Shown here: one piece after another, positions 9,998-20,908 of the stretch
Layout of the letters: each line of letters begins with the position of its first letter
Position numbering within the stretch: the first letter of the stretch is position 1
NCBI GenBank assembly: GCA_001724245.1
Contig: MEDX01000042.1
Coordinates: forward strand, 1-32,399
DNA length: 32,399 nt
From: Fonticula-like sp. SCN 57-25
Lineage: Eukaryota
Direction of reading: 5' to 3'
Notes under the pieces: generated by a model
What the model was told of the DNA's origin: nothing
What the model saw: the letters and a program-made list of their open reading frames with translations, nothing else
Database searches by the model: none
Program-made: the position numbers and the translations under genes

Positions 9998-10219
9998 CTA
10001 CACACTTGCTTCTTCGGACGGCGTGTCCTGCGCGGCGTCCGTGCGCTGCCAAATCGCGCTCTCGGCCCGCGCAAAAGAAAGCCAAACCAAGCACAAAAAA
10101 ACCGAATAGACAAGCCATTGCGAGGTGAGCATACTAGTCGCCACGCCGCTCACCACATAAATTGAGAAAAGGGCGAGGCATTCCAGGTACACCTGGTCCA
10201 CTTCAATGCTGCGCTGCAT
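9998..10219 (-). CDS. Possible small membrane protein (73 aa, two hydrophobic segments)
   Basis: ATG-initiated ORF filling an otherwise empty gap, divergent from NOP4; two hydrophobic stretches then an acidic tail; no recognised homology. Confidence 0.3.
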   Translation of the reverse strand: MQRSIEVDQVYLECLALFSIYVVSGVATSMLTSQWLVYSVFLCLVWLSFARAESAIWQRTDAAQDTPSEEASV

Positions 10220-10503
10220 GGGAGGCGGGCGGGAGTCGGCCGCGACGACGAATTCAATTTGGGCAATGACCGAAACGCACTAAAAGCCTCCGCTATTTAG
10301 CCATTTTGATGCGCTTTTCTGTTATAAAAACATAATTATGTTGTACACGTGCGTTTTTTAGGAGCACCAGTGGTCGTCGTCGGCTTTCCTTTATGCTTAA
10401 GCTACTCTCCAAGGTGTGGTATGCCCCCAAGCACTCGCCTTGCATCTTGAGAGGATTGCAGTTTGCAATTTGCAGTTTGCGAATCACCGATTCACCGCGT
10501 GGG

Positions 10504-13426
10504 ATGCCGCATCGTAGAAAGGGTGCAGCAGCGGCATCGGCCGCTGTACCGGCGCCTGCTGCGAGCACTGCTGCGGCTGTGGTCGACAAGAAGGCTGATT
10601 CTGTAAAGAAGGAGCGTCAGCCCCGGAAACGGGCGATGTCCGAGTCATCGCCCGCCGCCGATGTCCAGTCTGCGCAGGCCGCAGGGCAGCAGCCTCCGGC
10701 CAAGAAGACGCGCCGCGGTGGTGCCGGCCGCGAACGCAAGGGCAAGGCGGACGGCTCGGCCGACAGCAAGCACGAGATGAACCACACTACTCTTTTTGTT
10801 CGCAATCTTTCTTTCGACACGACTTCGAAAGACGTACGATCCCGCACATGTGCGCAGCATGGCCGCTCACGCTATGCGCCCTTGACAGCTCGAGAATCTC
10901 TTTGGCGGGATCGGCCCCGTCAAGTGGGCCTTTGTTGTGTCTGATCCGGAGAAGAAGACGAGCCGCGGCTTTGGCTACGTTCACTTGTGCGCACTTGCAT
11001 TTTACTCTTGCCTTTGCTGACCCTTCCTGTCAGCGTTATCCCCGAGGACGGCCAGCGCGCGCTTCAGGAGCTGCAAGGCCAGGCTATGAACAACCGCCCG
11101 CTCCGCATTCGCTATGCGCAGCAGCGCACCATCCAGCCCGCTGCCCCCACGCCCGCCGCGACCGCCGCCGCGCGCGAGGAGCGCACGCTGCAGCAGCTTG
11201 CGAACCGCTCGAACCGCCTCATTCTCCGCAACCTGCACTTCCAGACTCAAGAGGCCGACATTCGCGCGGTGGCGTCCAAGCACGGCACTGTTGAGGAGGT
11301 GAGCATTCCGACGAGCGCCGACGGCAAGCGCCGCGGCTTTGCCTTTGTCAAGATGGCCTCGCACAAGCAGGCGGCCAAGGCGCTCGAGGCGTTCAACACG
11401 ACAAAGCTCAAGGGCCGCGAGGTGGCGGCCGACTTTTCGGTGCCAAAGGACCGCTACGTGCAGGCGGCCGCGCTCGAGGCTGCCGAGCCCGAAGAGGCCG
11501 AAGAGGCCGAGGAGGAGCAGGAGGCGGGCGAGGAGGTCGAAGAGGAGGCGGAGGAGGGCGAGGAAGAGGCGGAGGCAGAGGAAGAAGAAGCCGAAGAGGA
11601 AGAAGCCGACGAAGATGAAGAAGATGAGGACTATGATGGTGAAGAAGATGATGAAGAGGACGACGAAGAGGAAGATGACGAAGATGATGATACAAAGCCC
11701 AAGGAAAAGCGCCCCGAAGGTATGCTCAACGACCATGCAATATGTTGTCTAACGATGAAATAGATGTGGATGACGGCTGCACCCTTTTCGTGCGCGGCGT
11801 CTCGTACGAGTCGACACAGGAGGAGGTCGAGACAGCGTACGCCCTCTTTTCTTGGTTTTTTTTTACCAACCCCACTCCTTTTGTAGTCTCCGCACGTTTG
11901 GCGAGCTCAAGTACTGCCTGCTGGTAAAGGACAAGGAGTCTGGCCGGCCAAAGGGCACTGCCTTTGTCAAGTTTGCCGATCCCGAGTCGGCCGTTGAGTG
12001 CCTTGCCGAGTCGCTGCGCATGCGCGAGGCGCAGCTGCGGCAGCAGGCGCGCCGCCCGTCGCCCAACTTTGTGTCGGTGGTGCCGCGCGTGCTTGGTCTC
12101 GAGAGCCCGCTCATCGTCGGTGGGCGTCTGCTGGACATTGTCAAGGCCGTCACTCGCACAGAGTCGGCGCAGATTGTGTCAGCGCGCGAGAAGAAGGATG
12201 ACAAGCGCAATCTCTACTTGTCTCGTGAAGGCCGTACGTCTACTATGTTTTGTAAACATTATTTTGTGCTCGTTTGGCTTGCGGTGTGCTTGTTTTTGTA
12301 TGTTTTTCCTCGTTTCTCCGCCTTTTTCCTGCCGCCTCTCTTGCTCACTTTTCATTTTCTTGCAGATTTGGATCCGTTGTCCGAGGCGTACGCTCAGCTC
12401 CCCAAGGGCGAGCAGGCCAAGCGCGACGCCGCCGCGGCCGAGAAAAAGGCCAAGCTCAAGAACCCCAACTACTTTGTGTCCAAGACGCGTCTCTCTGTGC
12501 GCAATATGCCGCTCGATGTGGACGAGTCGGCGCTCCAGCGCGTCTGCCTCGAGGCCGTCGCGGCGCGCGCCAAGCCCGAGTCGAACGCCAATACGTCCGA
12601 GCGCTCCATGGACGGCTTTGGCAAGGCGCCAAAGATCAAGCAGGTCAAGATTGTCCGCAGCGCCGACCGCCGCGACGCGTCGGGCCAGGGCCGCTCCAAC
12701 GGATTTGGCTTTGTCGAGTTTGAGAACCACACGCACGCCCTCATGGCGCTCCGCCAGATGAACAACAACCCCAAGGCGTTTGGCAAGGCGGGCAGCAGGA
12801 GGCCGTTTGTCGAGTTTGCGCTCGAGGATGTCCAGGCAATTCGCAAGCGCGCCATGCGCATGCACAAGCAGAAGCAGGGAGGGTCGCGCCAGGGGGGCGC
12901 CGCGGATGACGACGGCGAGGCGGGCGAGGCAGAGGCCGACGCCGCTGGCAGTGAAGAGCCGCGCTTCCTCAGCAACGGCCGTGGCGGTCGCGGTGGTCGC
13001 GGTGGCTTTGGTGGTCGCGGCGGCCGTGGTGGTCGTGGTGGCCGTGGCGGTCGCGGCGGGTTTGGCGGCGGTGTCATGCGCGGCGATGACGCAGGCGAGC
13101 GTGGCGGTTTCCGCGGCGGTCGTGGCGGTCGTGGTGGCCGTGGCGGGTTTGGCGAGTCGCGTGGCGGCCGTGGCGGTCGTGGTGGCTTTGGTGGCCGGGA
13201 AGAGTCGCGCGGTGGCCGTGGCGGCTTTGGTGGCCGCGACGAGTCGCGTGGTGGCCGCGGCGGGCGCGGCGGATTTGCCAAGTCAAGTGGCGGGTTTGAG
13301 GCGTCGTCGGGCGGCTTTGGCAAGTCTGACGGCGGGTTTGGCAAGTCGAATGGCGGGTTTGAGGCGGGAAAGCGCAGCGGCGGCAAGTTTGAGGACCGCG
13401 GCGCGAAGCGCACAAAGACTTATTAA
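10504..13426 (+). CDS. NOP4: Nucleolar RRM protein Nop4/RBM28 (~864 aa) with acidic tract and RGG tail; 6 exons
   Basis: Four RRMs (TLFVRNL, RLILRNL, TLFVRGV, RLSVRNMP) and family signatures DKRNLYLSREG, KLKNPNYFVSKTRLSVRN, HALMALRQMNNNP and RRPFVEFALED. Introns 10834-10888, 10987-11033, 11720-11763, 11837-11886 and 12234-12365 give an in-frame 2595-nt CDS. Confidence 0.93.
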
Positions 13427-13778
13427 GCTTTTTGTACACAACTCACGCACATAGTTTTGCCCTGTTTGTTGTAATGAATTTCTTTATTGCTCATTATGCA
13501 TTTCCCAAAAGTGGTCACAGACGTTATGGCCATGGACAATCCTGCCATGCGCGGAACGATGATTTGGATTTAATCCGCATTTTTTTCACACTTTCTTCTT
13601 CTTTTTGTCATTTGGGCCAAGTGCTTGTTGCTCAACTCTCTTTTCGGCACCAGATTCCTGTCAATCTCTAGTCGATTTCCAGTGGATTTTCTCCATGCCC
13701 ATTTTTTCCTCCGACACGTAATCATGCAAACTGCAAACTGGAGAATGTCTTCTGGACGAATCTGGAAGGTTGCGCCTT

Positions 13779-13830
13779 ATTCCGGAACCTTCGACGGATC
13801 CCGACGACAAGGGGCAGGCGGGCTTTATAA
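13779..13830 (+). promoter_or_regulatory. Heat-shock element plus TATA-like box of HSP104
   Basis: Perfect nTTCnnGAAnnTTCn (aTTCcgGAAccTTCg, 13779-13793) about 30 nt upstream of TATAA (13826-13830); further degenerate GAA/TTC units at 13740-13772. Confidence 0.85.
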
Positions 13831-13956
13831 GCCTGCTTCCCGAGTGACGTCGTGCCACTTTTTCCCTCCACCTCTGCGTCTGCGCATCCCTAGTTTCTCT
13901 CCTAGCTTTCTCTTCATTTCACACTTTATCAACCTCGTCCGCCACTCTAGTCTACC

Positions 13957-16731
13957 ATGGTGAAGCCCGAGGTGTTTACGAAAAAGTCGACGGAGCTGCT
14001 CAACAGCGCAGCGACGATCGCGCAGGACAAGAAGAATGTGCAGGTGCATCCGGTGCATCTTGCGCTCGCCATCTTCCACGACAATGAGGGCCTCGGCCCG
14101 CAGCTAATCCGCAAGGCCGGCGGCAATATGGATGACCTGGAGCCGAACCTTCAGCGCCTGGTGAACCGCCTTCCCAAGCAGGATCCGGCCCCGCCGTCCT
14201 CCAGCCTCAGCGGCCCGTTGTTGGATGTGCTCGAAGCCGCCGACGCCGCGCGCGAGAAGCAAAAGGACTCGTTTTTGGCCGTCGACCACCTTCTCATCGG
14301 CCTCCTAACCGACAAGGGCGTCCTCGAGGCGCTCGGCACCGCCGGCATCTCCAAGACGGGCCTCGAGGAGGCGATCAAGCAGGTCCGCGGAAACCGCCGC
14401 GTCGACAGCGACAAGGCCGACGCGACCTACGATGCGCTCAACAAGTACGGCGTTGACCTCGTTGAGCGCGCCGAGCAGGGCAAGCTCGACCCTGTCATCG
14501 GCCGCGATGAGGAGATCCGCCGCGTCATCCGCGTCCTTTCCCGCCGCACCAAGAACAACCCCGTGCTCATCGGCGAGCCCGGTGTTGGCAAGACCGCCAT
14601 TGTCGAGGGCCTCGCTGAGCGAATTGTGCGCGGCGACGTCCCCGACAACCTCAAGGCGCGCCTCGTGTCGCTCGATATGGGTGCTCTGATTGCCGGAGCG
14701 AGCTACCGCGGCGAGTTTGAGGAGCGTCTCAAGGCTGTCCTCAAGGAGGTGCAGGACTCGCACGGCGGTATCATTCTCTTCATTGACGAGATTCACCTTG
14801 TGCTCGGCGCCGGCAGCACTGGCAGCGGCGCCATGGACGCGGCCAACTTGCTCAAGCCGATGCTTGCGCGCGGCGAGCTGCGCTGCATTGGCGCCACCAC
14901 CCTCGACGAGTACCGCAAGCACATTGAAAAGGACGCTGCCTTTGAGCGTCGCTTCCAGCCCGTGCAGGTGCGCGAGCCGAGCGTCGTCGACACCATCTCG
15001 ATTCTTCGCGGCCTCAAGGAGCGCTACGAGACGCACCACGGCGTGCGCATCACCGACTCTGCCCTCGTCGCCGCCGCGCAGCTCTCGACGCGCTACATTA
15101 CTCAGCGTTTCCTTCCCGACAAGGCTATCGATCTCGTCGACGAGGCGTGCGCCAACGCGCGCGTCCAGCTCGACTCGCAGCCCGAAGTCATTGATCAGCT
15201 CGACCGCCGCCGCCTGCAGCTCGAGGTCGAGGCCACCGCGCTCGAGAAGGAATCGGACGTTGCCAGCAAGCAGCGCCTCCAGGGTGTCCGCGCCGAGATC
15301 GCCACCATTGACGACCAGCTCAGGCCGATCAAGCTCAAGTACGAGACCGAAAAGGGCCGCGTCGACGAGATCCGCGCGCTCAAGAAGAAGCTTGACGACG
15401 TTCGCCAAAAGATTGTCATTGCCGAGCGCGACCGCGACATTGCCAAGAGCGCCGACCTGCGCTACTACGCCGTGCCCGAGCTCGAGCGCAAGATTGCCGA
15501 CCTCGAGCGCTCCTCCAACGAGGAGGCTGAAGCCGCCGCAAACGCCGCCGCCGCCGCCGCCGCAGCCACTACCGACGAGGAGCTCGCCAAGTCCCCCAAG
15601 TCGCCCCGCCTCCGCGCCGCGCAGGCAATGTCGGCCGGCCCGCTGCTCACCGAGGTCGTCGGCCCCGAGCAGATCGCCGAGGTGGTGTCGCGCTGGACGG
15701 GCATCCCCGTGTCCAAGCTGTCCGAGACTGAGCGCGACAAGCTGCTGACCCTCAGCGATCGCCTTCACGAGCGCGTCGTTGGCCAGGACGTGGCGGTCGA
15801 CGCCGTCGCCGAGGCCGTTCTGCGCTCGCGCGCTGGCCTTTCTCGCTCGCAGCAGCCGACGGGCAGCTTCCTCTTCCTCGGCCCGACCGGTGTCGGCAAG
15901 ACTGAGCTCGCCAAGGCGCTTGCCGTTGAGCTTTTTGACGACGAAAAGGCGATGGTTCGCATCGACATGAGCGAGTACATGGAGCAGCACGCCGTCGCGC
16001 GCCTCATTGGTGCGCCGCCCGGCTACGTTGGCCACGACGAAGGCGGCCAGCTGACCGAGGCCGTCCGCCGCCGCCCCTACGCTGTCGTCCTCTTTGACGA
16101 GGTGGAAAAGGCGCACCCGCAAGTGTTCAACGCGCTGCTTCAGGTGCTCGACGACGGCCGCCTCACCGACGGCCGCGGCCGCACGGTCGACTTTACCAAC
16201 ACGGTCATCATCATGACGAGCAACATTGGCTCCGAGTCGCTTCTCGCCGACGTTGAGCAGAGCGGCCAGATCACCAGCACGAGCCGCGACGCTGTTCTTC
16301 GCGCCGTCCGCGCCCACTTCCGTCCCGAGTTCCTCAACCGCCTCGACGACATTGTCATCTTTGAGCCGCTCGGCCGCGAGCAGCTCCGCAGCATCGTGCG
16401 CCTCCAGTGCAACCAGCTCGGCTCGAGGCTCGCCGACCGCGACATCCAGCTCGAGCTCAGCGACAACGCAGTCGACCTCATCCTCGCCACGGCGTACGAC
16501 CCGGTGTACGGCGCTCGCCCGATCAGGCGCTACATCGAAAAGGTGGTTGTCACCGAGCTGTCGCGCATGGTGCTCCGCGGGTCGCTTCCGGACCACAGCA
16601 TCTGCAACGTCGACGCGCAGGTGGTGCAGGGAGCCGACAAGCCCTCATTTGTCTACCAGGTCGTCGCCAAGGCTGACTCGATGGACGTCGACACTGATGC
16701 CACTCGCGACGTCAAGAGGCCAAAGGTGTGA
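13957..16731 (+). CDS. HSP104: Cytosolic Hsp104/Hsp101 (ClpB-family) disaggregase, intronless, 924 aa
   Basis: Clp N-domain; NBD1 ([27 protein letters not shown]); coiled-coil M domain; NBD2 ([31 protein letters not shown]); no organellar presequence. Confidence 0.97.
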   Translation: MVKPEVFTKKSTELLNSAATIAQDKKNVQVHPVHLALAIFHDNEGLGPQLIRKAGGNMDDLEPNLQRLVNRLPKQDPAPPSSSLSGPLLDVLEAADAAREKQKDSFLAVDHLLIGLLTDKGVLEALGTAGISKTGLEEAIKQVRGNRRVDSDKADATYDALNKYGVDLVERAEQGKLDPVIGRDEEIRRVIRVLSRRTKNNPVLIGEPGVGKTAIVEGLAERIVRGDVPDNLKARLVSLDMGALIAGASYRGEFEERLKAVLKEVQDSHGGIILFIDEIHLVLGAGSTGSGAMDAANLLKPMLARGELRCIGATTLDEYRKHIEKDAAFERRFQPVQVREPSVVDTISILRGLKERYETHHGVRITDSALVAAAQLSTRYITQRFLPDKAIDLVDEACANARVQLDSQPEVIDQLDRRRLQLEVEATALEKESDVASKQRLQGVRAEIATIDDQLRPIKLKYETEKGRVDEIRALKKKLDDVRQKIVIAERDRDIAKSADLRYYAVPELERKIADLERSSNEEAEAAANAAAAAAAATTDEELAKSPKSPRLRAAQAMSAGPLLTEVVGPEQIAEVVSRWTGIPVSKLSETERDKLLTLSDRLHERVVGQDVAVDAVAEAVLRSRAGLSRSQQPTGSFLFLGPTGVGKTELAKALAVELFDDEKAMVRIDMSEYMEQHAVARLIGAPPGYVGHDEGGQLTEAVRRRPYAVVLFDEVEKAHPQVFNALLQVLDDGRLTDGRGRTVDFTNTVIIMTSNIGSESLLADVEQSGQITSTSRDAVLRAVRAHFRPEFLNRLDDIVIFEPLGREQLRSIVRLQCNQLGSRLADRDIQLELSDNAVDLILATAYDPVYGARPIRRYIEKVVVTELSRMVLRGSLPDHSICNVDAQVVQGADKPSFVYQVVAKADSMDVDTDATRDVKRPKV

Positions 16732-17076
16732 CTAGCTTCGAGGAAGCGCAAGAAGCCGTAAGAGCGCGCAGGCTCACGAGCGAGCAATTAAGTATTTATG
16801 TTTGTTTTTATCTTTTATTTATCTGACATCCTTTGTGTCTGCTTGGCTATTTATTGCTTGTGATTTATGTTATTTTATTGTAAGAACAATGGTTTTAATA
16901 AGAGTCCATTGCTTGAAAATCTATACATTATACATGTCAGAATGAATGCAGATGTTGCCTTGGAGGTTCCCTTTGGGGGTGCATGATGAAAAGTAAACAC
17001 GCAAAGTGTAAGTGAGTGGAAGGTAACTCTTGGCGGATGACTTATGCAAGCACGCAAAAAGCGCGCAACGTGTTGA

Positions 17077-20000
17077 CTAGACTGCGATCCACGGCGCCGG
17101 CCAATACGGCGACGAGTGGTTGATCCACTCGTAGCTGTCCTTGAAGCGGCTATTCACAAATGAGGTCATAAACTGCAGCGCGCCAAACTGGCCGCCGTCG
17201 GGGACCAGCTCTATTAGGTCCTCTGTCGGGTGCGCCTCGGCGAGGTGCTTCCGCGCCCGCTCATAGTGCTTGGCGTGGAAGGTCTGCGGGTGCGCGGGGT
17301 GCGCCTGTATCGGGTTCTCGCCGCGCAGCGCGTACGGCCCGTCAATGCGCTCAATGATCGAGTTTTGGTTGGCGGCCGACGGCGCAACGACGACGCGCGT
17401 CGGGCGGTCGTCGGCGGACGCGAGCACGTGCGGGAAGAGGAACGATAATGACTCTTGCCCCGCCGTCATGTGCGTCACAAAGCTCGCGCCCTTGCAGAAC
17501 GAATCCGAGTGGAGCGTCGCATAGTCGACGTTGGCCCACTTGGCGTTGGAATGGACGCTCGCCATCGGGCTCGCCGCCCTTACAACCGCGACCGGGACGG
17601 CGCTGCCGACGACGGTCACCTGGTCCACGCACCTGGCGTGGCGGTTGAGCGAGGTGAGCGTCTTTGTGAGCGCGGCGTCGCTCGTCTCGGGCGTCGTCAT
17701 GACCACGATGCACGTCTTGCTCGTGATGGCCGGCGGGTCCATGCACTTGCCGCCCTCGAACGAGCTGTCAAAGTAGGCCGGGTCGATGAGCGAGATGGCA
17801 GAGTGCACGCGCGCGTAGAGGAAAGGCGACCAGAGCAGCGACAGCGCGCCCTTGCTGCCCATCTGCAGCCGCACTACCGATATGCTCGTCATCGTGCGCT
17901 GATGGATTGACACGGACGTCAGGATCGGCGGCGGGCCGTAGCCGGCGAGCTTGAGGCCGCCGACGCACAACTCGCGCGCCGCCAGGATGTGCAGCGCGGC
18001 GTCGATCCCGCTCGTAAAGAGGTGCTGGTGAAGCGGGATGCGCGTCATTTCGTGCGCGCGCGCCAACACCGACGCAGAGATGGCTGCGCCCAAGTCGGCG
18101 CGGACCTTGACGTGGCGCAGCTTGCTGATCCACTCCTTGTCATCGGCAGTGATGTCAAAGAGAGGCACCACGGTGCGCTCCGTGTCGTTGGACTCGAGCG
18201 TCTCCTCAAACAGGACCATCGCGCGCTCCGTGATGTTGGCCTTGGCCTCGACCGTCACGTTCAGCTTGTCCGTGCTTTCGATGATAGCCTCCTTGTACGC
18301 CTTGCGAAAGTCGTCAATCGCGTCGTGCAGGTTGGCGTCCGCGCGCTCGACCGACCCCCGCGACAGTGCAATCATCACGACCGACGATTTTGAGGCGACC
18401 ACGTCGTCCGCGACAAGGCGCTCGTAGAGAACGTACGTCTCGGTCGGTAGGCTCGTCGCCGGCAACGGCGCCTCGGGGTCCAGGACGACGCACTTGCCAA
18501 AGGTGGTCGGCGGGCTCGTCAGGTTGGCGAGCGGGGTGGGCACGCGCGGGTCGATGGTCACGGCCGACGGCTTGTACGAGTACAGCGTCGACGTGTTGAG
18601 GAACGGCATTAGGCGCTCCTGGTCGACGATGGTCACGCCGGGGAGCGAGCCCGCTGTGAGGACCTCGGGCAGCCACGGGACGGTACCGCCAAAGCCGCTC
18701 GACGAGGTGGCCGTATTGTCGACGGCGACCACGCCGTAGACATCAACCTTGTGGCAGCGGCGGCGCGCGATCGAGACGGCGCGCCACATGCCCGTCGCGT
18801 AGAGCGGCATGCCGCCGGGGAGAAGGTCGGCAAACTCGGCCGCCATGTCAAACATCTCGGTGCGGTCGAGCAGCTGCAGCTTGGCCTGCTTGAAGACGCT
18901 CGCAAACTCGGCGTACTGCCGGCGAATGTGCGCCGTATTAAAGTGGGTCAGCAACACATTCCAATCGCGGTCGTTCCCGCCAAACTCGCCGCTGTTGTCA
19001 ATCATGTAGCGCATCAGCTGGGGCTGCGAAATCACCTCGGTGCCGGCAGTGAGGCCCATAAAGTACGAGCTGCTCCGCAGAGTCTTGGGCGAAACGATTA
19101 TGCCGTCGAGGCCCGTGTCAAAGCGGAACACGGCGTCGGCCGCGTCAATCTGCGACGCGTACTGGCCGAAGAAGAGCGCCAGAGAGGGCCCTACAACAGC
19201 GCAGCGGTCAAGCTTCTTCAGGTCTGCTAGCCGCAGCGAGGGCGCAAGGATATTCAGCATGGCCTGCCCGTTGACCGAGCCCTCGGCGCTGTAGCCCTCG
19301 ATGGAGGCGCCCGCGGACGCCGAGCTGCCGTGCACAAAGTACGTCTCGGGGTCCGCCCGGGCGGCGTCCAGCGCAACAATGTTGATGCTGTAGCCGAGGT
19401 TGGCGATGAAGGACGAGTACTGCGTCCAGCGAGCATAGTGCTGGTAGCCCGGCCACGCGCGCGGCAGGTCGTGGAGCACGGCCCACAGGCAGACGTCAAA
19501 GGGGTGCCACGCGCCAAGCTCGCGCAGCTGGCGGCAGACGCGCGCCTCGCGGATCTTTGCCTCAAACTCGGAATCACCGACGGCGTAGAGTGCGTTGCCG
19601 TTAATGTGCGGCGCCCACTTCATCGACACGCCGCCCCACCATACGGCCTCGTCAAAGGCAGGCCCCTGATAAAGCGAGCCCTTGATCCAAAACTTGCCGC
19701 GCATCAGCGCCTCGTCCACCAGGCGCTCGAGCACGCCCGCGCGGACAGTCATAACGTCGTGCTCGAGCCACGTCATTGCCGAATATTCCGATGCAAAGTT
19801 CGGCATGTCGAGCATCAGGCGGTAAAACTGGTTAGACGGCCCCGCCGGGTACGCGTCCTCGGCATCCGTCAAATTGGCCGACAGGAACCGTACATCGTGG
19901 ACGCAGTGGCGCCATTCGGACATGCCGGCGAGAAGCTCCTCCTTTATCAAGCTTGACCGCTCGTGTGCCTCGAGATCCTTGTGGAAGAAGAAGACTACGT

Positions 20001-20307
20001 CAACCCACTCCCGCGAGAGGCCATGTGGGTTGTCGGGCGGGAGGCACACCGGGCCCGGCGACGGCCACCGCGACAAGCTCGCGCTTAACTTGTCAACGTC
20101 CCCTGAAAAGAAAGGAAAAACGAGCGCAATTCGCTTTGAAGACTCTAATGTAAAAAGCTGCTTTTGGAGCGCATGAACCGATGACCGCGGGTCGCCTTGG
20201 TGGCTAAACATGCCAAACACGAGCGAGGACACGGCAAAGAGCAGGCCGCCCAGCGCAAAGGCGACTGCCAGCAGTCTCATGCGGCTCCGGCTCCGCCAGA
20301 CTAGCAT
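17077..20307 (-). CDS. Type II membrane multi-domain glycosyltransferase-like protein with GT29 (sialyltransferase-like) modules, intronless (~1076 aa)
   Basis: Short basic N-tail plus TM; putative GT-A-like domain (WLEHD, FWIKGS, HINGNALY); sialylmotif-L-like RCAVVGPS...IDAADAVFRFD and S-like ATG..AVSIARRRCHKVDVYG; a second degenerate copy; C-terminal GT-A-like region. First ATG at 20307, alternative at 20280. Confidence 0.8.
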   Translation of the reverse strand: MLVWRSRSRMRLLAVAFALGGLLFAVSSLVFGMFSHQGDPRSSVHALQKQLFTLESSKRIALVFPFFSGDVDKLSASLSRWPSPGPVCLPPDNPHGLSREWVDVVFFFHKDLEAHERSSLIKEELLAGMSEWRHCVHDVRFLSANLTDAEDAYPAGPSNQFYRLMLDMPNFASEYSAMTWLEHDVMTVRAGVLERLVDEALMRGKFWIKGSLYQGPAFDEAVWWGGVSMKWAPHINGNALYAVGDSEFEAKIREARVCRQLRELGAWHPFDVCLWAVLHDLPRAWPGYQHYARWTQYSSFIANLGYSINIVALDAARADPETYFVHGSSASAGASIEGYSAEGSVNGQAMLNILAPSLRLADLKKLDRCAVVGPSLALFFGQYASQIDAADAVFRFDTGLDGIIVSPKTLRSSSYFMGLTAGTEVISQPQLMRYMIDNSGEFGGNDRDWNVLLTHFNTAHIRRQYAEFASVFKQAKLQLLDRTEMFDMAAEFADLLPGGMPLYATGMWRAVSIARRRCHKVDVYGVVAVDNTATSSSGFGGTVPWLPEVLTAGSLPGVTIVDQERLMPFLNTSTLYSYKPSAVTIDPRVPTPLANLTSPPTTFGKCVVLDPEAPLPATSLPTETYVLYERLVADDVVASKSSVVMIALSRGSVERADANLHDAIDDFRKAYKEAIIESTDKLNVTVEAKANITERAMVLFEETLESNDTERTVVPLFDITADDKEWISKLRHVKVRADLGAAISASVLARAHEMTRIPLHQHLFTSGIDAALHILAARELCVGGLKLAGYGPPPILTSVSIHQRTMTSISVVRLQMGSKGALSLLWSPFLYARVHSAISLIDPAYFDSSFEGGKCMDPPAITSKTCIVVMTTPETSDAALTKTLTSLNRHARCVDQVTVVGSAVPVAVVRAASPMASVHSNAKWANVDYATLHSDSFCKGASFVTHMTAGQESLSFLFPHVLASADDRPTRVVVAPSAANQNSIIERIDGPYALRGENPIQAHPAHPQTFHAKHYERARKHLAEAHPTEDLIELVPDGGQFGALQFMTSFVNSRFKDSYEWINHSSPYWPAPWIAV

Positions 20308-20465
20308 TTGAGCCAGCACTGAGTGGGGCGCCGGCAGGGCTTCCCCTCGACAGGTGGATCCCGCCGCGAGGTCGAACTAGAGCGGTTAGTTAGAGGTTGA
20401 AACCTTCTGCTCTAAACGTGTGGCGGATTATCAACACTTTCCTTTTATGGAATTATCCCGGTCGG

Positions 20466-20908
20466 ATGGGCGGTAAAAGGGGCGCGGACGACGGATCCGC
20501 GGCGCGGAAGACGCGTGCGCGCAGGCCAAAGGCCGAGATAGTGCGGCTTTACTGGTGCAACGAGCAGACGTGTAAAAGGAGCTACGGAAGCCTGTCGGTG
20601 CGAGACGCCTTTTGGTCCTTTCCGGGGTTTTTTGAAGATCGGCATCGGCTGACGCGATCATCCGCCGTTGCTAGGCACTGAACACGCACATCAGGCTCAA
20701 GCATAAGCGCACAGCCACGCTGACCGCCCTCGGGGCCACGCGGAGGCTTAATAGGATGCTGCGCGCGGCGAACCTGCCGCCGGTGACCGACCGGCCCAGC
20801 GCGCCGCCGACGGGGAAGGACAAGAAGGGCGAAGTGCGGGTCAACAGAAGCCACTTGAAGCGCATCATCTACGATGCCGTGCATCCGGGGGACAACAAGG
20901 ACACGTAG
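20466..20908 (+). CDS. Small single C2H2 zinc-finger protein, Con7-type (~121 aa); 2 exons
   Basis: Removing intron 20598-20674 (GTGCGA...CTGAC...CTAG) gives RARRPKAEIVRLYWCNEQTCKRSYGSLSALNTHIRLKH (C-x4-C-x12-H-x4-H); stop TAG at 20906-20908. Confidence 0.85.

Noticed and set aside
12234-12365. Intronic snoRNA or a transmembrane segment in NOP4
   Set aside because: No C/D or H/ACA boxes; the hydrophobic translation is an artefact of a T-rich intron.
14305-16596. 763-aa antisense ORF under HSP104, and similar antisense ORFs at 356-1441, 8865-9716 and 24120-27949
   Set aside because: Shadow frames caused by GC3-rich codon usage of the sense genes; no independent motifs.
16981-17048. Box C/D snoRNA candidate (ATGATGA...ATGA)
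   Set aside because: Box D is non-canonical, I recognise no rRNA antisense guide, and it lies in convergent 3'UTR sequence.
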